In this document: positions 1-9,660 of the stretch, one piece after another
Layout: each line of letters opens with the position of its first letter
How positions within the stretch are numbered: position 1 is the first letter of the stretch
Translations under genes and position numbers: made by a program
NCBI GenBank assembly: GCA_963776495.1
Contig: CAVZMW010000006.1
Span: forward strand, 1,263,954 to 1,327,953
From: an uncultured Acidobacteriota bacterium
Lineage (GTDB): Bacteria > Acidobacteriota > Vicinamibacteria > Vicinamibacterales > Fen-181
Length of the DNA: 64,000 nucleotides
Reading direction: 5' to 3'
Notes under the pieces: model-generated
Databases searched by the model: none
What the model saw: the letters and a program-made list of their open reading frames with translations, nothing else
What the model was told of the DNA's origin: nothing

Positions 1-1359
1 GCCGCCGCCGTCCGGCACGAAGGTCTTGTCCTGGAGCACCAACGGGTACATGTGCCCCAGGTCGGCTGACACGATGGCGCCCGTGGTGGGGTTGGTCACG
101 ATCGTGCCCGGGACGCCCCAGCCTGCCAGCGCCGTTTCCTGCGCCGGATCGACGATCAGATAACCCGCGGCCTCGCCGGCGTACACGTTGAGACGCGTGG
201 TGCCGTAGGCATGGTCGTGGTAGAAGAGCAGGCGACCGCTCTGCTGGTTGGTGTAGTAGTAGGTGGCGTAGCCGTCGGTTTCGCTCGTCCCTCCGCCTGG
301 AATGACCCCGGTCATGTCCGGCACGTTCATGAAGCTCAGGCCCTTGGCGAAGCCCGGAAGCGCAGGCTGCCCGTCGCCTCCCACCGGAGTGATCCACGTG
401 TGTGGCGTTCCATCACTGATCCACGGCGTGTTGCCGCCGTGGAGGTGGATGGTGGCGCGCTTGGGCGAAGACATCAAGGAGGTGGTGCCGTCGCTCACCA
501 TCCCAGCGCCCATGTAGGTGCTGTCCATTGGGATGGCGAGGTCGGTCGTGATCTGGTTGTTGAACAGGACGCGGGTCGCCCGACCGCGCGTCGCGAGGAT
601 GATCGGGCCGAGGTAGTGGGGGTTCGGGTCGGCCGGATTCCCCATGTCGAAGTAGCCGCGCACGTCGGAGCCGCCGGTGGCCTGGAACGCGCTATGGAAG
701 ATCTGCTTGTACTCCTTCAGGCCGATCTGGTAGTAATCGCTGTTCGCGAACGTCGTGGTGTCGGCGACCGCCAGGGGGATGTAATTACCGAGATTATTGG
801 CATTGGTCGATCCCAGGCCGGGCAGGCCGTCCACGAACTTCTGCATGCCGCCGGAAACCACGCCCGCGGTCACCGTGGGGAGCGGGCTGTTCATCCAGTT
901 GGCCACGCCGAAGTAGTCGGGCGGGCCGAAGTTGGTCAGGGCGAGCGCCGTCGGGCCCGCGCCCAGCGTCGCCAGCGGGCTGATCGCCGCTGTCGAGGGG
1001 CTGACGCCGGCGATCTGCCGAGAGACGCCGGTGCGCTGTTTCGCCGCGCCCTTTCTGGCAGCCTGCCGTTTGAGGTGCTTCAGGATGCCCGGAGGACACG
1101 GGTTGAGTGTCTGACCGTTCACGACGCACGACGTCGTGTTCTGCGGTCCCTGCGGTCTCTGGGGTCCAGCTGCCGGGGCCGCGGCCCCCGCCGGCGTCGC
1201 GGGAGCCGTCGCGCTCCCACTGCCCGCGGATGACGCCGCGGTGCTGCTTGTGCGGTTCGACGAGGACGCGCTGATCCCCTGTCCGGTCGTCCAGATGAGG
1301 GCGACCGCCAGGAGGGCCAGCGCCAACGCCGTTCGCCGTGCGAGTTTCCACCTGACCAT
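1..1359 (-). CDS. multicopper oxidase, N-terminal ~453 codons (3' end lies beyond the window start)
   Basis: The minus-strand frame is open from ATG 1359..1357 (GGAGG 6 nt upstream) to position 1. My translation gives a signal-like MVRWKLARRTALALALLAVALIW. It then gives ...KRATIHLHGGNTPW (421-480) and ...SGRLLFYHDHAYGTTRLNVYAGEAAGYLIVDP (121-240). These carry the HxHG and YHDHA copper-ligand motifs of CotA/bilirubin-oxidase-type enzymes. It is missing from the ORF track only because there is no in-window stop. Confidence 0.7.
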   Translation of the reverse strand, partial: MVRWKLARRTALALALLAVALIWTTGQGISASSSNRTSSTAASSAGSGSATAPATPAGAAAPAAGPQRPQGPQNTTSCVVNGQTLNPCPPGILKHLKRQAARKGAAKQRTGVSRQIAGVSPSTAAISPLATLGAGPTALALTNFGPPDYFGVANWMNSPLPTVTAGVVSGGMQKFVDGLPGLGSTNANNLGNYIPLAVADTTTFANSDYYQIGLKEYKQIFHSAFQATGGSDVRGYFDMGNPADPNPHYLGPIILATRGRATRVLFNNQITTDLAIPMDSTYMGAGMVSDGTTSLMSSPKRATIHLHGGNTPWISDGTPHTWITPVGGDGQPALPGFAKGLSFMNVPDMTGVIPGGGTSETDGYATYYYTNQQSGRLLFYHDHAYGTTRLNVYAGEAAGYLIVDPAQETALAGWGVPGTIVTNPTTGAIVSADLGHMYPLVLQDKTFVPDGGG

Positions 1360-1514
1360 GCTCTGCCTCCTTCACGACCAGCGCGTGCTGGTCCTCCCCG
1401 AAGTTGTCAGCGAACCGATCCGCCGACGCTTCGAATCCGAATCACCGAATCCATACCCGCCGCCGAAGGCGATCGACGGCCGTTCATGAGCCGCGCGTCG
1501 GTCACCCAATCCGA

Positions 1515-1847
1515 TCACTGCTGCCTCCCCGCCAGGAACTCGTACCGGTCGATCGTCACCGCCACCGTCCAGCTTCCGTTGCGAGGGCCCGCCTGCTCGA
1601 CGCGGGCCACGCGTCCCCTGCAGCGCACCTGCGAGCCCATCGGCCCCTCGAAAACCGGCAGCGCGAGCACGAACTCGATGCCGGTCTCCGTCTCTGGCGC
1701 CGAGCCCTCGTGGCTGAACCGCACGCCGGTGCGGCTCATGTCCAGGGTCCACGCGGGACGCCACGCCTCGTCCTCCCGCTGCCGGAAGCTGAGCGTCGTG
1801 ACGATCGGGTATCGCCGAGCGCGCGATCGAACCTCCAGCTGGACCAT
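1515..1847 (-). CDS. PilZ domain protein (putative c-di-GMP receptor)
   Basis: 110-aa ORF. RSRAR (RxxxR) and DMSRTG (DxSxxG) are spaced as in PilZ domains. Confidence 0.65.
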   Translation of the reverse strand: MVQLEVRSRARRYPIVTTLSFRQREDEAWRPAWTLDMSRTGVRFSHEGSAPETETGIEFVLALPVFEGPMGSQVRCRGRVARVEQAGPRNGSWTVAVTIDRYEFLAGRQQ

Positions 1848-2085
1848 GATTCAGCCGTGCCTCGGCCCTGCGGTGGACGACGGGCGAGACGCAACTCGAC
1901 AGGATGCCTGCATGAGTCTGGATTCTTGCGTCAGCCGGGCGGCTGGACAATGACCCAATGGTCCCGACGGGAGTGGTACTTCAGGTACTGGCGGGCGTGG
2001 TACGACTGGTCAGGCGGGCACGGGCTCGCCGACGCGCCGGCTAGTGCGCAGTGGGGACTATTCGGGACTTCATGAAGAATCCGGG

Positions 2086-2817
2086 CTAGCGCGCGCGCGG
2101 ACGGGACGGGCTCTGCGGGCCGGCCGGCCCGCGCGCCGCACCCGGGTCGAAGCTCTCGAGCAGCCGGTGGTGGACCGCGTAAAGCCCGAGTTCGAGGCGG
2201 TTGGAGACGCCGAGCTTGTCGAAGATGTGGGAGACGTGGTTCTTCACCGTCTGCTCGGACAGGCCGAACTGGGCGCCGATGTCCTTGTTGGTGGCGCCGC
2301 CCACGATGGCGGCGACGACCTGGATCTCGCGGGGCGTCAGCGTCGCCGCGGGTGTGGCGGATCGGGCCCCCGCCGGTTCGGGATGCCGCAGGCTCGCCAA
2401 CAGGTCGTCCAGCGTGTCGTGTCCGACCCAGAGCACGCCGGACATGACCGCGCGAATGCACTTGTAGAGCATCTGCGTGGCCGATTCCTTCAGCACGACG
2501 CCGCGCGCGCCGAGCCGCAGCGCTTCCACCGTCTCCTGCCGGTCGATGGCCGCCGTGAGCAGCACGATCCGCAGCCCGGGAACCGTGCCCGCGAGTTCCC
2601 TGAGCGCGCCGAGGCCGTCGAGCCGCGGCATGGCCAGGTCGAGCAGCAGGACGTCCGGCTTGAGCTGGCGCGTCCGCTGAACGGCCTCCTCCCCGTCGGC
2701 GGCTTCCCCCACGACCGTCAGTCCCGCCTGCAACTCGAGCAGCTTGCGGAGACCATCCCTGACAATCGCGTGGTCGTCGGCGATGACGATCCGGACGGGC
2801 GGGTCGCTGTGCTTCAT
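2086..2817 (-). CDS. NarL/FixJ-family response regulator (receiver + LuxR-type HTH)
   Basis: In-frame ATG at 2817 (MKHSDPPVRIVIADDHAIVRDGL...DVLLLDLAMP). The C-terminus LTPREIQVVAAIVGGATNKDIGAQFGLSEQTVKNHVSHIFDKLGV is a LuxR-type HTH. The upstream part of the 606-aa track ORF is antisense to the neighbouring gene. No adjacent histidine kinase. Confidence 0.85.
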   Translation of the reverse strand: MKHSDPPVRIVIADDHAIVRDGLRKLLELQAGLTVVGEAADGEEAVQRTRQLKPDVLLLDLAMPRLDGLGALRELAGTVPGLRIVLLTAAIDRQETVEALRLGARGVVLKESATQMLYKCIRAVMSGVLWVGHDTLDDLLASLRHPEPAGARSATPAATLTPREIQVVAAIVGGATNKDIGAQFGLSEQTVKNHVSHIFDKLGVSNRLELGLYAVHHRLLESFDPGAARGPAGPQSPSRPRAR

Positions 2818-3032
2818 GCCTGGTGTGCTCCCGGAGAGGCTCGGCGCCGAGTCGGCCCCTTGATCCGAACGACCCGACCCGGGGGGCGAGACCGCGGACG
2901 GCCCACAGATTCTCTCTCCGCTCGGCGCGAATGTCGAGTCAAGACCTGGAAGATGTCTGACGAGGCCCTGCCTCAGATCGTCGAGCATGTTGTGATCTCG
3001 TCGGAGACCAGGACGGTCTGAGGCGGGTCTCG

Positions 3033-4307
3033 TTAGAACGTTTCTTGGATGGCGAGGTAGAACCCGCGCGACCCGTCCTTGCCCCAGCCCCAGTCCGCGC
3101 ACAGGTTGGTGCGCGAGCGCTTGTTGAGCAGGACCCGCAAGCCGAACCCGGCGGCGGGCGCGTAGGACTCGAAGAGCCGCTCGCCGGTCTCCACGCTGCC
3201 GACGGTGGTCAGGTTCGCGAACACGACGGCACCCAGCAGGCCGTTGCTCGTCAGCGAAGCCCGATACTCGGCTTCCCAGTAGAGCAGTTGCTCTCCGCGA
3301 AACCGCCCTTCGCCGTAGCCGCGCGCGGACCGGCCGTCCATCGACGTCGACGGCAGGTCCCAGAAGGGCGCGGTGCCGCCGGTCACCAGGTCGCCGAGGA
3401 ACCAGACGGCCAGCTTCTGTCGCCCGCTGGGGGTGAGCTTCCAATACGTGCGGGCGTCGAGCGACAACTCCTGCCAGGTCGAGTCGCCGCCGAGAAAGTG
3501 GGCGAAGAACGTCCGGTAGGTGGCGCTCGCGAGCGCGCCGCCGCCCGGGTTGATGCCGTTGTCGCGCGTGTCGTAGCGGACGGCGACGTTGAGGCCGCTC
3601 GAGGCCTGGTGATCGGAGGCGAAGCCGTGCGCCTCGTTGTAGTCGACAAACGCCGCCTGGTTCCACACGTCGGGGCTCGTCGTGCCCGGCCGGATATTGA
3701 AATGGGAACTGACGTTGATGCCGGCGCCGACGAAGAGGCCGGGCGCGACGTTCCGGTACGTCGTTTCGTAGAACCTCATCACGTCGAGCCTCGAATTGGT
3801 GCCCGAGGCGGCCAGCGCGTTGGTGCCCAGCGCGAACGAGCTCTGCGAGGTCCACGACATCCGGCCTTCGGCCAGGATGAACCAGGCGTCGTCGTTCGTG
3901 AACCACGCCATCCGGCCGCCGAAGAGCACCTGGCCGAGTTGCGACACCTTCGTGCCGCCGATGACGGTCGAGATGTGGGTCGTGGACGGGTCGCCCGCGA
4001 AGAACGCGACGTTGCCGGAGAGCCCGCCGGTGAAGCCGGTCGAGGGCTTCGACCCGACGGTCGGCGCGAGCACGAAGAACCGTTGGCTGCCCGACCCCTC
4101 ATCAGCGGCGGCGAGCCCGCCGTGCCGGAGCAGGCGCCAGAGGTCGTCGACGTCGATGGCCGCCGGCGGACGCGACACGCCCGGCAGGTCCGCGGCTGGC
4201 GGGGCCGCGGCCGGCGAGGTGGCGGAATCGGGATGTTCCTGGGCGGCGGCCGGCACGACGGCCATCACGCACAACAGGAGGGGTAGAGACAGTGTCCGCC
4301 ACATCAT
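3033..4307 (-). CDS. outer-membrane beta-barrel protein (Omp85/surface-antigen-like)
   Basis: Signal peptide MMWRTLSLPLLLCVMAVVPAAAQE. Alternating beta-strand-like sequence. The C-terminus ...GFYLAIQETF ends in an aromatic F, as in OMP sorting signals. The start could also be TTG at 4313. Confidence 0.6.
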   Translation of the reverse strand: MMWRTLSLPLLLCVMAVVPAAAQEHPDSATSPAAAPPAADLPGVSRPPAAIDVDDLWRLLRHGGLAAADEGSGSQRFFVLAPTVGSKPSTGFTGGLSGNVAFFAGDPSTTHISTVIGGTKVSQLGQVLFGGRMAWFTNDDAWFILAEGRMSWTSQSSFALGTNALAASGTNSRLDVMRFYETTYRNVAPGLFVGAGINVSSHFNIRPGTTSPDVWNQAAFVDYNEAHGFASDHQASSGLNVAVRYDTRDNGINPGGGALASATYRTFFAHFLGGDSTWQELSLDARTYWKLTPSGRQKLAVWFLGDLVTGGTAPFWDLPSTSMDGRSARGYGEGRFRGEQLLYWEAEYRASLTSNGLLGAVVFANLTTVGSVETGERLFESYAPAAGFGLRVLLNKRSRTNLCADWGWGKDGSRGFYLAIQETF

Positions 4308-4564
4308 TGGCAATTTGACCCGATTAGGATGACCGGCATGAGACGAGGGGATGACATATCTGTGACAGCCGCCCGGCGATGCGCGGGCGGGGCTTTCGTG
4401 TCGTATCGGCCGGACGAGGCGGCGTCAGGAGCGAACGCGCGGCGAACCGCCGGAACGGACCGCGCGGCGAGGTCCGGCGCCACGGGCGCGCTATAATCAG
4501 GCCCGGCCGGGAGCCCTTCCCGCGCAAGACTCGGCCGCCCGTCCCGCCCCCGCGGAGAGCTGCG

Positions 4565-7195
4565 ATGCAGCCGCCCGGTGGTTCCCCGCGTTCCGGCCCG
4601 TCCTCCGACCACCCCTGTCTCGTTCGCAGCGCGAGCGAGGTGCGCTCGGAGTACACGAGCGCCAGGCTGATCGCGGCCAACATCGAGCATCGCCTGCGGC
4701 GAACCGTGCTGCGGAGACCCCCCGGCTACGCCGCCCCCGAAATCGACTACCTCCTGCACGACGGGTCGTCGCATCGGATCGCGGTCCGCGACAGCGACGT
4801 CCGGTACCTCGACCGGGTGCCGGGCCAGCAGGCGACCGGCCACGTGGATCTGATCCACCGCGCGAGGCGCGGGGACCTGGCGGCCGCGGGCGAACTCAAC
4901 CGCCGGACGGAAGCGCTCGGGGAGTCGATCTCGCGGCGGTTCGCCGGGCGCGCCCTCGTCGAGAGTGACGTCGTCATCCCCTACACGTCGTCCCGCACGT
5001 TCGGCGAGGAGGCGATCAGCCACAAGGGCTCGATCCTCATGGACCTCTCGCGGAGGGGGTTCGCGACGGCGGACTTCAACCTGTTGTCGGCCGACGCGTT
5101 CCGGCTGCCGCCGGCCGATCGCGAGCGGGCCGTGCGCGAGGTGGTTGGCAACCTCGAAGTGCTCACCGGCCGGCGCCTGGGCGACGCGCGCAATCCGCTG
5201 CTCATCGCGATGCGGTCGGCCGTGCCGGAGTACATCCCGGGCTTCATGCCGACCTATCTCAACGTCGGGCTGACGCCGGATCTCCTGCCCGGCCTCCCGG
5301 CCCGGTACGGTCCCGACGGGGCCGTGCGCATCCGGCTGAACAACCGCAAGACGATCCTCGAGACGCTCGATCCGGCCGAGTACCGCTCCCTGGAGGACGA
5401 GTTCCGCCCGGACCTGACCCGCGCCGACGCCGGGCGCCTCGCCGACGAGGTGGAAGGGCTGATCGCCGTGCGCGCGCCGGAACTGCTGACCGACGCGTTC
5501 GCGCAGATCCGGTTCTTCCTGGAGAGCGCCTATCGCTACTACGCGGATCATCTCGACGTCCTGGGGAACTTCATGCGCCGGGAGACGCACTACCCGGCCG
5601 TGATCTTCCAACGGATGGTCTGTTCGGTGATCGACGACCGGTCGTACGCCGGCATGCTCTACAGCCGCGATCCGGCGACGGGGAAGGGCGTGTTCCTGCA
5701 ATACGCGAGGGCGGTCTTCGGTGAGGACCTGATGACCGGGCGGTTGGTGCCGCAGGAGGTTCGCTTCTCGACGCGCGACGAGGCGAGGCCGCTATTCCCG
5801 GCAGTGTACCACTTCTGGGATCGGCTGTTCCAGCTCGAGGACATCTTCGAGGCCCCGGTGATGGTGGAGTTCACCGGCGTGCACGGCACGTTCACGATCC
5901 TGCAGGTGAACGCCGCCGAGATGACCGGGTCGGCGATGCTGACGGCGGTCATGGACCTGCACCGGACCGGGCGGATCGGCGCCGCGCGCGTCCGCGAGGT
6001 CATCAGGCCATGCCACGTCCGCCAGATCGAATCCGACGCGATCGACCCGGCGTCGATCCACACGCTGGAGCCGTTCGCCCGGGGCGTCGCGGTCCTGCCG
6101 CGGAGCGTGGCGACGGGCCGGCTGTCGCTCTCGGCGGCGGCCGACGGTGCGGCCGACGGCGCGGACCCCTCGCTGACGATCCTGGCGAAGGACCGGTTCA
6201 CGCCGCAGGACGCCATGGACATGCAGCGGGTGCGCGGCATCTGCAGCCTCAGCCCCGCGGCGATCCACGTCGTGACGACGGCGCAGAACCTCGGGATTCC
6301 TGCGCTGCTCAACCTCGAGGCGGAGGGCGTCCGCATCGACCTGGCCGGCCGCCGCCTGGTGAACGCCGCCGGCCGCGAGATCCGGGAGGGCGACTGGGTG
6401 ACGATCTCGAGCCGCCACCGCACGCTGTACGCCGGGCGCGCGGTCTTCGCGTCGGCGAGGCTGCTGCGATTCATGGCGGGCGAGCCGGTCGAACTGGGGG
6501 CGGACGAACGCCCGCGGTTCGAACGCCTGGCGGACTACTACCGCGGCTACCGGCGGATCCTGGAGCGCGTCGACGCGTCGGGCTTCGAGAGCTTCGAGGA
6601 CCTCGGCCACGCCATCAGGTACGGGGAACTGCGCGACGACCCGGTCCGCGCCGAGGAGTTCGTCAACCGCTGCTTCGACGCGCGGGCCGACGGGCTGGTC
6701 GAGCGCCTGCTGAACACCACGCTCGGCATGCACCTGGTCAACCTGACGGCCTTCGCGATGCTGACCGCGGACCGGAAGGTGCGGCTCTTCCAGCTGGCGG
6801 CGGCGGCGTGCGCGCGCCGCGGCCTGTCGGGCTACCACGCCGGGGCGTTCGTCATCGGCAGCCTGCTCGATCCGCGGGCCCCGGCCGCGTTCTGGCAGGG
6901 TTTCTCGGCGCAGGCGATCGGCTTCCTCCTCAACGAGTGGGTGCAGCACCAGAAGTACCTCGGCGTGCTCGACGCGCTGGGCGAGGGGCGGGTGGCCCGG
7001 GCCCGGGAGATCATCCTGTCGGGCGGCATGGGCGAACTGCCGAGGCTGGCCGCCGCCGCCGCCGGCTTCCTGTCGCTCACGCTCGGTCGCGTGGACCTGG
7101 CGGAGGTCGCGCGCTCGCTGCCGGCCGGGGCCGACCCGCAGACGATCGAGCTGCTGGCGAGGCTGCAAGGCCCGCTCAGCGCGCCGGCCCGCTGA
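4565..7195 (+). CDS. pyruvate,phosphate dikinase-like protein (ATP-grasp + swivel His domain, no PEP/pyruvate TIM barrel)
   Basis: GDARNPLLIAMRSAVPEYIPGFMPTYLNVGL and MLYSRDPATGKGVFLQYARAVFGEDLMTGRLVPQE align by eye with the PPDK nucleotide-binding domain. ICSLSPAAIHVVTTAQNLGIPAL aligns with the GGMTSHAAVVARGMG phosphohistidine loop, and the His is kept. The last ~240 aa are helical with no resemblance I recognise. The start is uncertain (ATG 4565 after GGAGAG; the track ORF opens at 4379). Confidence 0.6.
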   Translation: MQPPGGSPRSGPSSDHPCLVRSASEVRSEYTSARLIAANIEHRLRRTVLRRPPGYAAPEIDYLLHDGSSHRIAVRDSDVRYLDRVPGQQATGHVDLIHRARRGDLAAAGELNRRTEALGESISRRFAGRALVESDVVIPYTSSRTFGEEAISHKGSILMDLSRRGFATADFNLLSADAFRLPPADRERAVREVVGNLEVLTGRRLGDARNPLLIAMRSAVPEYIPGFMPTYLNVGLTPDLLPGLPARYGPDGAVRIRLNNRKTILETLDPAEYRSLEDEFRPDLTRADAGRLADEVEGLIAVRAPELLTDAFAQIRFFLESAYRYYADHLDVLGNFMRRETHYPAVIFQRMVCSVIDDRSYAGMLYSRDPATGKGVFLQYARAVFGEDLMTGRLVPQEVRFSTRDEARPLFPAVYHFWDRLFQLEDIFEAPVMVEFTGVHGTFTILQVNAAEMTGSAMLTAVMDLHRTGRIGAARVREVIRPCHVRQIESDAIDPASIHTLEPFARGVAVLPRSVATGRLSLSAAADGAADGADPSLTILAKDRFTPQDAMDMQRVRGICSLSPAAIHVVTTAQNLGIPALLNLEAEGVRIDLAGRRLVNAAGREIREGDWVTISSRHRTLYAGRAVFASARLLRFMAGEPVELGADERPRFERLADYYRGYRRILERVDASGFESFEDLGHAIRYGELRDDPVRAEEFVNRCFDARADGLVERLLNTTLGMHLVNLTAFAMLTADRKVRLFQLAAAACARRGLSGYHAGAFVIGSLLDPRAPAAFWQGFSAQAIGFLLNEWVQHQKYLGVLDALGEGRVARAREIILSGGMGELPRLAAAAAGFLSLTLGRVDLAEVARSLPAGADPQTIELLARLQGPLSAPAR

Positions 7196-8111
7196 TGGCG
7201 TCGCCGAACTCGGTGACGTCCATGTGGAGCAGGTAGTCGGTGACCACGCGGTTCTTCTGGCGCATGACGCTCGTGCGCTTCTGCGAGATCGAGAACCAGT
7301 CTTCGAGCAGGCGCAGCCGGGGGAAGAGCGTCGTCAACTCCCGCCGGGCGACCTTGCCGACGGCCGTGTACTTCGGGAGCAGGGCGACGCCGTATCCCTC
7401 GAGCGCGGCGTGGACCATCCCCCGGACCTGGTTGACCTCGATGACCTGCCGCAGCACCGGGCGGCGGCGGCCGGGAATCGACCGCAGCGCGTTGGCCCAC
7501 CAGGCCCCGTCCCGGTCGATCGAGATGACCGGCACCCGTTCGAGGTCGAGCGGCTGCCGGATGCGGTGCGCGCGGAGGAAGTCCGGCGAGGCGACGATCA
7601 GGTACTTCTCGCGGAAGAGCCGCGTCACCGTCAGCGACGGGTGCGTGTGGGCCGCGCAGTCCACGGCGATGTCGATCTCGTCGGCGAGCAGCGGCGACTC
7701 GAGGTCGTCGCGGAACCGGAAGTTGACGCGGAGCCAGGGGACGGCGTCGACGAGCGGCCGCAGCTTGCGGATGAGCACCGTCGTCCCGAATTCGACGGTG
7801 GCGCCGACGGTGATGGCCTGCGTGCCGCCCGGGGACCTGGTCGACAGCACGTGCTCGGCCTGGTCGATGTCCTGGAAGACCCGCTCGCACACCTCGCGAA
7901 CGTAATCGCCGTCGTCGGTCAGCGTGAGCCGACGGTGCCGCCACTCGACCAGGCGCCGCCCCGCGGCGTCTTCGAGCGTGCGGATCGCGTGGCTGACGGC
8001 CGAGGGGGTGATGTGCAGGCGCCGCCCCGCGGCCGTGTAGTTGCCGCTGCGCGTGGCCTCGAGGAAGATGCGGAGCCGGTTCAGTTCCAGCCGGGTGCGT
8101 TCGCTGCCCAT
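7176..8111 (-). CDS. LysR-family transcriptional regulator
   Basis: ATG 8111 preceded by GGAGG. The N-terminal HTH is LNRLRIFLEATRSGNYTAAGRRLHITPSAVSHAIRTLE, followed by a LysR substrate-binding region. Its 3' end overlaps the convergent upstream gene by 20 nt. Confidence 0.85.
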   Translation of the reverse strand: MGSERTRLELNRLRIFLEATRSGNYTAAGRRLHITPSAVSHAIRTLEDAAGRRLVEWRHRRLTLTDDGDYVREVCERVFQDIDQAEHVLSTRSPGGTQAITVGATVEFGTTVLIRKLRPLVDAVPWLRVNFRFRDDLESPLLADEIDIAVDCAAHTHPSLTVTRLFREKYLIVASPDFLRAHRIRQPLDLERVPVISIDRDGAWWANALRSIPGRRRPVLRQVIEVNQVRGMVHAALEGYGVALLPKYTAVGKVARRELTTLFPRLRLLEDWFSISQKRTSVMRQKNRVVTDYLLHMDVTEFGDAISGPAR

Positions 8112-8334
8112 GACGAGCCTCCGGGAAGACGTGCCAGGCGATGAATCCCGCTCATCGTACCAGAGAACTCTCATCGTTTCCCTCATCGATCGGGCCTGCG
8201 CTGGTCGTGCTGGGGGCGGCGGCTCCGGGGCCGCGCCCGTCCCGCAACCTCTCGGGTGCCGCGCACGTAGATCGCTGTGGGGGGATCGGCCGGCGGGCGG
8301 CCGTGCGCGCCCGATGGGGGGATCGGGGACCTCG

Positions 8335-9630
8335 ATGACCGAGCAGACGGCGCGGCTGCGCGACACGTTCGTGGGCCTCTGGAACGCGGCGGACCCGGAG
8401 ACTACCATCGACGGCCCGGTCTACACGGCCGCCGCGCACGGGCGCAACGAGCGCCAACTCCGGGACTTCGTCGACGTGCTCGAATCCGAATCGCGCCGCG
8501 CGCGCCGGCGGGCGCTCTCGAGCGAGGACGGCGAGCGGCGCGTGCGCGCCGCGTTTGCGACGCTCGCGAAGGGCGCGCTCGGGTGGAAGCGCGAGTACCT
8601 CGAGGGCACCGAGGCCAGGGCGTTTCGCGAGGCGCTGCGCGCGTTCCCCGTGCGGGCGCGCCGGTTCGACCCGCGGCTGTCGGCCGCGGACATCTACCAG
8701 GCGGCGCGCAACGCGCTCACGATGCACTGCCTGCAGAGCCTTCTCGGGGTGCCCGTCGAGCCGACGCCCGCCGTCCTCGGGTACAGCCTGCTGTACCCGT
8801 ATACCGACAACCTCATCGACGACCCGCGCCTGGACGTCTCGGCGAAGCTGGCCTTCGGCGAGCGGCTGGCCGACCGGCTGCGCGGCCGCCCGGTCGCGCC
8901 GGCCGATCCCCGCGAGGGGCGCATCTTCGATCTCGTCGGGATGATCGAGGGACAGCATCCGCGGGCGCGGAACCCGCACGTCTACGAGAGTCTTCTCGCC
9001 ATCCACGACGCGCAGCTGCGCAGCCTGGCGCTGATGGCGGGCGCGGCGCCGCCCGACGCACGGACGCTCGTCGAGATCGCCGTCGAGAAGGGCGGCACCT
9101 CCGTGATGGCGGACGGCTACCTCGTGTCGGAGTCGCTGACGTCGCGCGAGGTGGAGTGCATCTTCGGCATCGGGGCCTTCCTGCAGCTGCGCGACGACCT
9201 CGAGGATGTGCACGACGACGGGGCGGCCGGCGTCACGACGGTGTTCTCGGTCCACCGGGCCGACCGGCTCGACGAACCCACCGCGCGCGCGCTGGCCGTC
9301 GGCGCCGGCGTGCTGGAGCGCCTGTCCTGCTTCGACTCGCCACGGGCCGCGCCGGTCCGCGACATCATGGCGCGCAGCCTCCAGTGCACGATCGCGGACG
9401 CGGCCGCGTCGTTCCCCCGGCTCTACGGAGTCCCCTACCTCCGGGGACTCGAATCCCGGTCACCGTTCCGGTTTGCGTGCCTGGCCGAGCAGCGGCGCCG
9501 CCTGACGCGGGCCAACGGTTCGCTGACGGGGCTGCTCGAACGCTGGGTGTCGGCGTGCGCCGCGCCGACGGCCGCGCGCGGGCGCGAGCCGGCGCCGGCG
9601 CTCGTCCGAACGGCCCACGACGCGGCGTGA
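8335..9630 (+). CDS. class I isoprenoid-synthase-fold protein (polyprenyl/squalene-phytoene synthase-like), function unknown
   Basis: Two Asp-rich motifs lie ~130 aa apart: LLYPYTDNLIDD, and GIGAFLQLRDDLEDVHDD, which resembles GxAFQxxDDxxD / AFQLxNxLRDxxED. Transcribed divergently from the LysR gene. The start could also be ATG 8314. Confidence 0.45.
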   Translation: MTEQTARLRDTFVGLWNAADPETTIDGPVYTAAAHGRNERQLRDFVDVLESESRRARRRALSSEDGERRVRAAFATLAKGALGWKREYLEGTEARAFREALRAFPVRARRFDPRLSAADIYQAARNALTMHCLQSLLGVPVEPTPAVLGYSLLYPYTDNLIDDPRLDVSAKLAFGERLADRLRGRPVAPADPREGRIFDLVGMIEGQHPRARNPHVYESLLAIHDAQLRSLALMAGAAPPDARTLVEIAVEKGGTSVMADGYLVSESLTSREVECIFGIGAFLQLRDDLEDVHDDGAAGVTTVFSVHRADRLDEPTARALAVGAGVLERLSCFDSPRAAPVRDIMARSLQCTIADAAASFPRLYGVPYLRGLESRSPFRFACLAEQRRRLTRANGSLTGLLERWVSACAAPTAARGREPAPALVRTAHDAA

Positions 9631-9660
9631 GCCGCTCCGCACCCCGGTCGGCCGGACTCC

